Below, piece after piece: positions 28,866 to 36,322 of a DNA stretch of 64,000 bases; the stretch's first letter is position 1, and every line of letters begins with the position of its first letter. Made by a program: the position numbers and the translations under genes. Source of the DNA: a bacterium (GTDB lineage Archaea; Thermoplasmatota; Thermoplasmata; Lutacidiplasmatales; UBA184); contig DAIDCO010000001.1 in the NCBI GenBank assembly GCA_027309555.1, forward strand, positions 13,036-77,035, written 5' to 3'. The notes beneath the pieces are model-generated. The model was given only the letters and a program-made list of their open reading frames with translations, did no database searches and was not told where the DNA came from.

Positions 28866-29561
28866 ATGATGGCAGACACCGGGTGCCTCATATGCGGAAA
28901 AGACCTGAGCCGAAGCGACGCACTACTCCGACACCGGCGAGAGCAGCACGGTATCTTGGACATAATCGACAATCTCCCTCAAGGTCGGTACTGGCCTGAA
29001 TCGGCGGAGCCACAAGCGACCGCCCGGGAACAGATCGCCCTATCGAGATGGGAGCTGGGAGTCGCCGCCGAGCTAGAACGACTCAAGTCCGACCCTTCCC
29101 TGGTAACCGTCCCGGTTCATCCTAGCATCAAGGCCGACCCGAGACTCTACAATGGGCTTCTTGAGAACCTTTCCAAAGCTCACTTTACATCGGACGAAGG
29201 AGTCGATGCCGGGCACGTTGAACGACTCAATCGACGGATCGCCGACTTTCACCGAATCGAGGGAGAGCATCGGAATTTTCATCGTCAGATCGTAACTGCC
29301 GGCGGACCTCAGGGGTCAACACAACGAAACAACGTCAACCTCGGTCCACGTCACGCCGAGGTTCACCGGCTTCTAGGCCTACCTGGGACTCCCGACAATC
29401 AATGGAATTCCTGGATTGGGCATACCCATTTCTCCGACGGCACAATCACTTTCATCCCACGACCTGCGCCGCCTAAGTCTGTAGAGGAACGCAACCAAGA
29501 CGACCTGAGCGAACTACGCCGCGAGGTGGCAGCACTCAAGGCCAAGCTGGTGGGTGTCTGA
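28866..29561 (+). CDS. element ORF, C2H2 zinc-finger protein with C-terminal coiled coil
   Basis: CLICGKDLSRSDALLRHRREQH (C-x2-C-x12-H-x4-H) at the N-terminus. Preceded by an AT-rich region. Confidence 0.55.
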   Translation: MMADTGCLICGKDLSRSDALLRHRREQHGILDIIDNLPQGRYWPESAEPQATAREQIALSRWELGVAAELERLKSDPSLVTVPVHPSIKADPRLYNGLLENLSKAHFTSDEGVDAGHVERLNRRIADFHRIEGEHRNFHRQIVTAGGPQGSTQRNNVNLGPRHAEVHRLLGLPGTPDNQWNSWIGHTHFSDGTITFIPRPAPPKSVEERNQDDLSELRREVAALKAKLVGV

Positions 29562-29707
29562 TGACTGGTCGGAAGAAAGCCCGGCGGCCTGGTAAGGGGG
29601 CTAGTTGGATAGCTGAGTTACCAAGAACCGTCGGTCGTTTCGCTCCCTCCGGCAGCGGGTCTGTAGAATACGGTAAACTGAAGGTCAAAGGCCGAGCGAG
29701 AGGATAG
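29561..29707 (+). CDS. element ORF, 48-aa basic protein
   Basis: Below the ORF-track cutoff. The ATG overlaps the upstream TGA (TGATG), and its TAG directly abuts the next ATG. Confidence 0.3.
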   Translation: MTGRKKARRPGKGASWIAELPRTVGRFAPSGSGSVEYGKLKVKGRARG

Positions 29708-29893
29708 ATGGGGCGACCTCCGTCACGATGGGTGATTCATCTTCCTGACGCTAGCTGCCCTAACTGTAGGCACCGCCTAAAGGTCTCTTACAATGGGGGC
29801 TGGATTAAAATCTGGGCTGCTCCAAAAGGCCGCCGTAAGTCTGCGGGTTTGTCTAAGAATAGTGTTGTGACACCTGACAGCCCGGGGGACTGA
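29708..29893 (+). CDS. element ORF, small CxxC protein
   Basis: 61 aa with CPNC. Its stop overlaps the next start (TGATG). Confidence 0.4.
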   Translation: MGRPPSRWVIHLPDASCPNCRHRLKVSYNGGWIKIWAAPKGRRKSAGLSKNSVVTPDSPGD

Positions 29894-30027
29894 TGCCGCT
29901 CTTTCCCAACTTGGAGGAGCTGGCCGCCCGCATGGAGGCCGTCCATGCTCAGGACGTCGAGCGGGAAGAGCGGAAGATCGCGTTGCTCCAGGCCATACTG
30001 GATGAACTGAAACGAGGGAACGAATGA
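29893..30027 (+). CDS. element ORF, 44-aa helical protein
   Basis: Below the ORF-track cutoff. Product is MPLFPNLEELAARMEAVHAQDVEREERKIALLQAILDELKRGNE. It has an ATGA overlap with the next ORF. Confidence 0.35.
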   Translation: MPLFPNLEELAARMEAVHAQDVEREERKIALLQAILDELKRGNE

Positions 30028-30479
30028 CGGTCGAGTGTGAATCTTGTGGCCGTTCGTTCAAAGGAGCAGGTGGTCTCGACTATCACCGGTCTTGGTGTAA
30101 GGGTCCCTCACCCGCGCATGGTACGCGCGCGCGTGACGTACGCGTAGAGAAACCCGCTTCTTCGCCCGAGCTGATAGTTCATTCGCCAGACTACCCAAGG
30201 GGTCGAGTGAGCGGTGGGACCACTTGGGACCTAGTCGACCGCATTCAATCCCAGGCCCAAGCCCAGGCGGAGCCGAAGCCGGTTCCGAAGCCGGGTCTAT
30301 TCGACCACTGGGGTGTTGTCGGGGGCCACCACCGCAAGACCGTTTTGGAGGTTCCTCCCGCGGCTCCCGCCTACGTCTCGCCGGAGTCTCTTTCCTCCCT
30401 GGGGTGGAACGGGAGACTCCGCCGAGCCATTGGCCGGAACGACCGAGATCGGAGACGGAGTTTCGGATTTCTGAAATGA
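30024..30479 (+). CDS. element ORF, C2HC zinc-finger protein
   Basis: CESCGRSFKGAGGLDYHRSWC (C-x2-C-x12-H-x3-C) at the N-terminus. Confidence 0.5.
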   Translation: MTVECESCGRSFKGAGGLDYHRSWCKGPSPAHGTRARDVRVEKPASSPELIVHSPDYPRGRVSGGTTWDLVDRIQSQAQAQAEPKPVPKPGLFDHWGVVGGHHRKTVLEVPPAAPAYVSPESLSSLGWNGRLRRAIGRNDRDRRRSFGFLK

Positions 30480-30809
30480 AGAGGCAGAGTCCAATGCCCT
30501 TTGAAACGTCGAACCGAGGAACTTTATACGAAGGTTCCTGTCATCCATCGAAGGTCCGGAGGTCTACACGGATGCGGCAAGAGTTTAGATTCGCTTCGTC
30601 TTGACAAAGATCGGAGCGGGGGCTCCGACCGAGCGTAGACCCTCGGTCGTCCCCTGCGCCCTTCTCGTTGAAGTTTCTCCCATCAGTGCCGGGGGGCGGC
30701 CTTCGGGCCGACCTACACCTGCCAACCCCGGCCGGGAGAGGGAGGCATGGATTAGAGAGCGATTTTCCACCTCGATACGCTAACAGATTCTTCGACAAGG
30801 GAGACCACT

Positions 30810-31694
30810 TTGACCTCGCAAGAGGAGTGGTGGTCCAAGAGAGCAAGAGAGTACACGCAGTCGAAGCGAGGAGCCAGCGACCGATGGAAGCGGACCACCT
30901 ACAACCTGCTACGAAACCTCGCAGTAGATGGAAGGAAGCCCGCGATCTTTACTCGGTCGTCCATCTCCCCACTTCCCCACGGCCCCTCGGAAGTCACCGA
31001 GGAGCAAGTGCTGGCCGTCAAGCGATTCGGAGTAGAGACCTACACGCCGCCGAGTCTCCGGGGGCTCCTATGGGGCTTCCGGGACTTCTTGGCGTGGGAT
31101 GGAAACAAGATCGCCAAGGACGATACGTTGTGGCTGTGTCCAACCGGGGACCCGATTCATCCTCGGTGGCTGTCGGCCCAGCACTTGGGCGACCTACTCC
31201 GCGCAGCGGTCGGGAGGGAACGCCCGGTCTGTGCTCTCCTCGGTACGTGCGGGCTTCGGAGTATCGAGGTATGGCGACTCCGATACCGGGATGTAGATAT
31301 GGACCTAGCCCACCCGACGCTCCGGGTTTGGGGGAAGGGCCGGTCCGGAGGGAAGTGGCGGACGGTCCCGCTTTCGAAGATCGCGTGGACCGAGCTCCTA
31401 CCGTTTGTCGAGGGGAAGAGACCCGAGGACCGCATACTACCGTGGGCGCTCGTCACGCTCCAATTGGACGTGAGGACCGCAGCACGGAGGGCGGGCCTGG
31501 TGGCTTCTACCCACGACCTACGGCGGTCGTTCGGCCGCGTGGCCTTCAAGGACGCGAAGGTGCCCCTGACGACCATACAGAAAATCTACGGGCACGCCAG
31601 CATCGACACGACCATCCGGTATCTGGGACTCAACCTCGACGACATGACGGATGGGATCGCCGCGTTCGACCGCGTTATGGCGGAGGTCGCGTAG
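30810..31694 (+). CDS. tyrosine recombinase / integrase
   Basis: Catalytic pattern GLRSIE (R), GKGRSGGKWRTVPL (K), HDLRRSF (H-x-x-R) and GHASIDTTIRYL (H...Y). TTG start. It reads toward attR. Confidence 0.9.
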   Translation: MTSQEEWWSKRAREYTQSKRGASDRWKRTTYNLLRNLAVDGRKPAIFTRSSISPLPHGPSEVTEEQVLAVKRFGVETYTPPSLRGLLWGFRDFLAWDGNKIAKDDTLWLCPTGDPIHPRWLSAQHLGDLLRAAVGRERPVCALLGTCGLRSIEVWRLRYRDVDMDLAHPTLRVWGKGRSGGKWRTVPLSKIAWTELLPFVEGKRPEDRILPWALVTLQLDVRTAARRAGLVASTHDLRRSFGRVAFKDAKVPLTTIQKIYGHASIDTTIRYLGLNLDDMTDGIAAFDRVMAEVA

Positions 31695-31755
31695 ATGGCT
31701 CGGGAACAGGGATTCTCCGGCGAGAACCGACATGCTGGTACATGTCGTAGGCCAT
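31675..31755 (-). pseudogene. orphaned 5' fragment of sufU (26 codons)
   Basis: Starts ATG-GCC-TAC-GAC-ATG-TAC-CAG (MAYDMYQ), then diverges into element DNA and stops. It lies ~35 nt downstream of a TATA-like box (31786-31797). Confidence 0.6.
31735..31749. repeat. attR core (CTGGTACATGTCGTA)
   Basis: Exact copy of the 15-mer at 27576-27590. It encodes YDMYQ of the orphaned sufU 5' fragment. Confidence 0.6.
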
Positions 31756-31860
31756 CGGAACCGCCTCGCATTCCACCACGGGCCTTCGATATAAATCGAA
31801 GCCGTTGCCGTGCGTCGACCGTCGCCCGCGGACCGCCCGAGCGCCTCTCACCCCGCTCAT

Positions 31861-31888
31861 CTTATAAACACCCCCGCGTGTGTAAATC
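31861..31888 (+). promoter_or_regulatory. putative sufD promoter: TATA-like box plus GTGTGTAAATC motif
   Basis: cttataaaca at 31861-31870 lies ~25 nt before the ATG at 31891, which implies a near-leaderless transcript. GTGTGTAAATC at 31878-31888 recurs at 38440-38450. Confidence 0.4.
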
Positions 31889-31890
31889 CA

Positions 31891-33285
31891 ATGGCCCTGA
31901 CGGCCCCCCGTTACTCGGAATGGCTTTCGGCGGAGCAGGTCCACGCCCTCTCGGGTGCGCTCGCCGACCCCGAGGTCTACCGGAAGGCCCGCGCCGAGTC
32001 GTTCGAGCGGTTCCGGGAGCTCCCGCTCGAGCCGAACCCGCTCTACCGGGGCTACGGCTACTTCGCGGGGGTCGACCTTACGGGCATCGAACCCGAGCTG
32101 CGGGGACCGCCGGTCGAGCTTCCTCCGCTGCTCGAAGGGGCCGTGCACTTGGTCCAGGACGTGTCGGGGACCCGGCTCGACCTGCCGCCGGCGCTCGCCG
32201 CCCAGGGGATCAAGGTCACCACCTTGCCCGAGCTCTGGCGGCGCGGGAACGGCGAGCTCCCGGCGTTCCTTCGCGGCGTCGAATCCATCCCGGACCGCCT
32301 CTCCGCGCTTGCGACGACGTTGCTGAACCGCGGGTACCGCCTCGAGATCCCCGACGGCTTTCGCGACCCGGTGCGGGTCCAGGAGCTCGCGATCCTCTCG
32401 CGACCCCACGAGGCCCTCTCCGTCCGGCGCTCCGTCCGGGCCGGGTCGGACGCCCAGCTGCTGATCACGGAGGAGACGTACTCGACCGCAGCGAGCTTCG
32501 AGGGCCAGCGGCTGTATGCGTCGACGACCGACCTCGACCTCGCCGACCGGGCGAAGGTCGTATTTCTAACGGTCCACGCGCCCGACCTGCGCACGGTCTC
32601 GGTCTACCGCCGGTCGGTCACGACGGGTACCGGGGCCCGGATCGCGTGGCTCTGGAACGGCCTCGGCGGATTCCGCACGAAGGTGCGCAACCAGACGATG
32701 CTCACCGGCCAGGGGTCGGCCTCGGACGATCTCCAGACCTTCTATGGGTCGAAGAACCAGTCCTACGACAGCTCGGTGGACGTCACGCACGTCGGGACCG
32801 ACACCCATGCGCAGTCGATCACGCGGGGCGTATTCACGGACGAAGCTCGGGGCATGAGCCGCGGGCTCGTGCGCATCGAAGCGAACGCGCGCAAGACGAT
32901 CGCCTACGTCTCCGAGCACGCGATGCTGCTGTCGCGCGGCGCGCGCTCGGACACGATCCCGATCCTCGAGATCCTCTGTCGGGACGTCAAGGCCACCCAC
33001 TCGACGTCGGTGGCGCCGGTCGACCCGGAGAAGGTCTTCTATCTCGAGTCCCGCGGCCTCGGCCGGGACGAAGCGATCCGAATGATCGGCGAAGGGTTCC
33101 TCGCCTACGTGCACGAACGCGCCCCGATCGCGGGCCTGCGGGAGATCCTGTACCCGACGTTGAGCCGCCGCTGGGAAGGCAAGGACGTTGTCTGGCGGGC
33201 CGGCGAGTATCCCCTGCTGCCGAGCCTGACGGTCTCGGGCACGGACGCCGCGCCCGAGTGGCGGTTCGACGCGAAGCTGCGCTAG
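31891..33285 (+). CDS. sufD: Fe-S cluster assembly protein SufD (SufB/SufD family)
   Basis: C-terminal SufBD beta-helix region (HxGTDTHAQS..., ...KATHSTSVAPVD..., FYLESRGL). ATG at 31891 (MALTAPRY). Confidence 0.9.
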   Translation: MALTAPRYSEWLSAEQVHALSGALADPEVYRKARAESFERFRELPLEPNPLYRGYGYFAGVDLTGIEPELRGPPVELPPLLEGAVHLVQDVSGTRLDLPPALAAQGIKVTTLPELWRRGNGELPAFLRGVESIPDRLSALATTLLNRGYRLEIPDGFRDPVRVQELAILSRPHEALSVRRSVRAGSDAQLLITEETYSTAASFEGQRLYASTTDLDLADRAKVVFLTVHAPDLRTVSVYRRSVTTGTGARIAWLWNGLGGFRTKVRNQTMLTGQGSASDDLQTFYGSKNQSYDSSVDVTHVGTDTHAQSITRGVFTDEARGMSRGLVRIEANARKTIAYVSEHAMLLSRGARSDTIPILEILCRDVKATHSTSVAPVDPEKVFYLESRGLGRDEAIRMIGEGFLAYVHERAPIAGLREILYPTLSRRWEGKDVVWRAGEYPLLPSLTVSGTDAAPEWRFDAKLR

Positions 33286-33312
33286 GCGCGAAAGGGAAGG
33301 ACCCGGCGCCCG

Positions 33313-33636
33313 ATGCCGCTCATCCTGGAACCCGAGCGGCACTCGGTCGCGGCTCTCGAGGAGCTCCTCCGCTCGCTACGGAGCGACCTGGACGAGTCAC
33401 GCGACCTCTTCCGGCACCCGCGCGGGCGGGCGCTCGACCCGGCGAGCCTCGAGACCGCCGAATCGCTCCTCCTCTCCACGCTCGAGGCGATCGACGCCGA
33501 GGGCCCCCGCGACGCGACGGGCCTCGCGGCGAAGGTCAATCTCGCCTATGCCTCGCTCCTCGCGGTGATCGACCTCGTGAAGTCGCACAGCGATGTCCCA
33601 CGCGTTCCCGCCGCCCGGAAGTCTTCACCCCCCTGA
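33313..33636 (+). CDS. hypothetical helical protein
   Basis: A 107-aa ORF starting 27 nt after sufD. No family recognised. Confidence 0.4.
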   Translation: MPLILEPERHSVAALEELLRSLRSDLDESRDLFRHPRGRALDPASLETAESLLLSTLEAIDAEGPRDATGLAAKVNLAYASLLAVIDLVKSHSDVPRVPAARKSSPP

Positions 33637-33676
33637 CAGGTGGAGGGACCGCCCCGAGCGGCGGCCGGGGTCGGAC

Positions 33677-36181
33677 CTATCCGACCGCGCCGGCCATCTC
33701 GAGCTGGATCAGCCGGTTCAGCTCGAGGGCGTAGTCGACGGGAAGCTCCTTTGCGAACTCCGCAAGGAACCCCATCAGGATCAGGTGGATCGCGTCCGAC
33801 TCCGTGAGGCCGCGGCTCATCAGGTAGAAGATCTGCTCCTCCCCGATCTTGCCGACCACCGCCTCGTGGGTGATCGTCGCGTCCTCTTCGTGGATCTCGT
33901 TGTACGGATACGTGTCGGAGCGGCCGGATTCGTCCGGAAGGAGCGCATCGCAGCGCACCGCGGCCTTCACGCCGGTCGCGCCGGGCGCGACGTGGAGGAG
34001 CCCGCGATAGCTCGTTTGGCCGCCCCGGATCGCGATCGACTTCGCGACGATCTTGCTCGAGGTGTCCGGCGCGGAATGGACCGCCTTCGCGCCCGAGTCG
34101 ATGATCTGCCCCTGGCTCGCGAACGCGACCGAGAGGATATCGGCGCGCGCGCCGCGGCCCTTCAGGTAGACCGACGGGTACTTCATCGTGATCTTGGAGC
34201 CCATGTTCCCGTCGACCCATTCGACCAGCGCGCCCTCGTAGGCGACGGCGCGCTTCGTCACGAGGTTGTACACGTTCTTGGACCAGTTCTGGACCGTCGT
34301 ATACCGGACCTTGGAGAACGGCTCTCCGACCACCTCTACCACGGCCGCGTGGAGCGAGTCGGTGGAGTAGATCGGCGCCGTGCAGTTGTGCACCGAGAAT
34401 CCTTTCACGAGGTAGGTGTTGTTATCGCCCGCGACATGGAAGTTGTAGACGTTGCCGTGGTACGGGCTCCGCGAGATCTGCCGGATCGGGACCAGGAAGG
34501 CATCCCCCGCGCGGCGTACCGCCTCGGCGTGCTTTCCCACCTGGTGATAGACCGTGTACATTCGCCGGTGAGAGATCGTCCGCCCGTCCGGCATCGTCTC
34601 GTCGAACGGTTCCCGGACATTGATCGTCGCGAAGACGCCTTGCCGTGCCTGGAGCTCCTGGACCTGGAACGCCAGCTGGCGCGACACCGTCATGACGCGG
34701 TGCACGGTTCCACCGTTTCGGTCGTAGAAGTTGCCGTCACCGTTGTAGTAGGTCGCCAGGAGAATCCGCTGCTTTTCCGGCGGCAACTCCATCACGACCT
34801 TGCTCAGCTGCTTCTGCCCCGCGAGCTTCCCCGCGTGCTGTAGGCAGAACCCGTAGAGCTCCTTCGAGTATACCCCGACGGAGACAGCGTGCTTCTCCGG
34901 TTGCTGGGCCGCCCACGGGGTCTTCCCGGTGAGCTCTTGAATGGCGGCACTGAGCTCCGCGACGAACCGGGTCTCCTCGATGTGGAAGGTAAACGTCACA
35001 GCTTCGCACCCGTTGATCTTCTGTACGCATCCCTCCGAGAGGTAGTACCCCAGGAGCGTGAGCGCGGCGGTTCCGAAGCCGGGCTCGTCCCGCTCCGTTC
35101 GGTTGATGGGGTAGTGGACGAAGTCGCCGGGCTCGAGGTCGCCGGCCGGGATGAACTCCGGGGAGGCCTTCAGCAGCTTCTCCGGGTCCACGTCGGACCA
35201 CTGTCGGTGGGTCCGGTGCCCCGCGACCACCTTCCGGCGAGGAATGCAGTACACCGGGTGCTCTGGGGTCAATTCGAACGCATTCCCGACAGAGACCGGA
35301 GTGATGTGCACGAGCTCTCCATCGAACGGCCGGACCATCGTCTTCTCGACGGTCGTCTCGAGCCCGTCGCTGTTGAGCACGGGCTGGCCGGTCTCGATGG
35401 CCTCGATCGGGGTCAACTGGTCCCCGACCAACACCTCCTCCCCGAGAGGGAGGCACCCTTCGATGTAGTGCACCTTCGCGCCCTTATCGGCAATGATGAG
35501 CGTGCGCTCGAACTGGCCGACGTTCTTGGCGTTGATCCGGAAGTACGCCTGGAGCGGAATCCCGGCATCGACCCCGGGCGGAATGTAGACGAAACTCCCG
35601 CCGGACCAGACGGCGCTGTTGAGCGCGGAGAACTTGTTGTCGTTGTAGGGCACGATCCGACCGAAGTACTTGCGTACGATCTCGGGGTGCTCCTTCACGG
35701 CGGTGTCGGTGTCGCAGAAGAGGACGCCCTTCGCAGAGAGGTCCTCGCGGATCTTGTGGTAGACGGTCCCGCTGTCGTACTGGGCGCCCACCCCGCCGAA
35801 GTACTCTCGCTCTGCTTTCGGGATGCCGAGCTTTTCAAACGTATTCTTGATGTCGGCGGGGAGGTCCTCCCACTTGCGCTTCGTCTCGCCTTCCAGCATG
35901 GGGTTCGCGTAGTAGGTGTAGGAGTCGAAGTCGATCTCGGCGAGGCTCGGGCCCCAGTCCGGCATCGGACGCTCCACGAAATGGTCGTAGGCGCGCAGTC
36001 GGTACTCGAGCATCCAGGACGGCTCGTCCTTGAACTTCGAGATCTGCTCGACGACCGAGCGGCTAAGCCCCTTCGGGATCCGCAGGCGGTAGGTTTCCGG
36101 GTTCTTGAAGTCGTACCGGGTGTAATCGAGGGGCGTGATCTCGTTCGCCTGCGCCATGGTGACCTCGACCAATTCCATCAC
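33677..36181 (-). CDS. sufB: Fe-S cluster assembly protein SufB, interrupted by an intein
   Basis: The SufB sequence is continuous except for a 357-aa insertion inside the conserved YIEG|CTAP motif. The exteins total 477 aa. The start may be ATG 36178 or M9. Confidence 0.95.
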   Translation of the reverse strand: MMELVEVTMAQANEITPLDYTRYDFKNPETYRLRIPKGLSRSVVEQISKFKDEPSWMLEYRLRAYDHFVERPMPDWGPSLAEIDFDSYTYYANPMLEGETKRKWEDLPADIKNTFEKLGIPKAEREYFGGVGAQYDSGTVYHKIREDLSAKGVLFCDTDTAVKEHPEIVRKYFGRIVPYNDNKFSALNSAVWSGGSFVYIPPGVDAGIPLQAYFRINAKNVGQFERTLIIADKGAKVHYIEGCLPLGEEVLVGDQLTPIEAIETGQPVLNSDGLETTVEKTMVRPFDGELVHITPVSVGNAFELTPEHPVYCIPRRKVVAGHRTHRQWSDVDPEKLLKASPEFIPAGDLEPGDFVHYPINRTERDEPGFGTAALTLLGYYLSEGCVQKINGCEAVTFTFHIEETRFVAELSAAIQELTGKTPWAAQQPEKHAVSVGVYSKELYGFCLQHAGKLAGQKQLSKVVMELPPEKQRILLATYYNGDGNFYDRNGGTVHRVMTVSRQLAFQVQELQARQGVFATINVREPFDETMPDGRTISHRRMYTVYHQVGKHAEAVRRAGDAFLVPIRQISRSPYHGNVYNFHVAGDNNTYLVKGFSVHNCTAPIYSTDSLHAAVVEVVGEPFSKVRYTTVQNWSKNVYNLVTKRAVAYEGALVEWVDGNMGSKITMKYPSVYLKGRGARADILSVAFASQGQIIDSGAKAVHSAPDTSSKIVAKSIAIRGGQTSYRGLLHVAPGATGVKAAVRCDALLPDESGRSDTYPYNEIHEEDATITHEAVVGKIGEEQIFYLMSRGLTESDAIHLILMGFLAEFAKELPVDYALELNRLIQLEMAGAVG
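34385..35455 (-). mobile_element. SufB intein with LAGLIDADG homing-endonuclease domain
   Basis: Residues C243-N599. Starts CLPLGEEVLV and ends FSVHN, followed by the +1 Cys (CTAPIY). Internal LLGYYLSEG and YYNGDGNF resemble the two LAGLIDADG blocks. Confidence 0.9.
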
Positions 36182-36322
36182 CCCAGTGTATTTAAATTAG
36201 AGGTCGTAGGCTCCGCGACAGCTTGAGGTGTATCGGAGGTCGGGGGGGTGCGCGGCCGGGCTGTCGGCCCCCGCGCTACACGTGCTGCGGGACGCCAGCG
36301 AGAGAGACCGGCCGGGCTCGAT

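Larger units (their letters stand above)
27576..31749. mobile_element. ~4.2-kb integrated element (integrase, PriCT-like protein, zinc-finger ORFs) inserted in the 5' end of sufU
   Basis: Bounded by a 15-bp exact direct repeat. G+C is visibly lower than in the flanks. An intact tyrosine recombinase sits at the right end. A duplicated sufU N-terminal coding fragment lies at the right junction. Confidence 0.7.
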
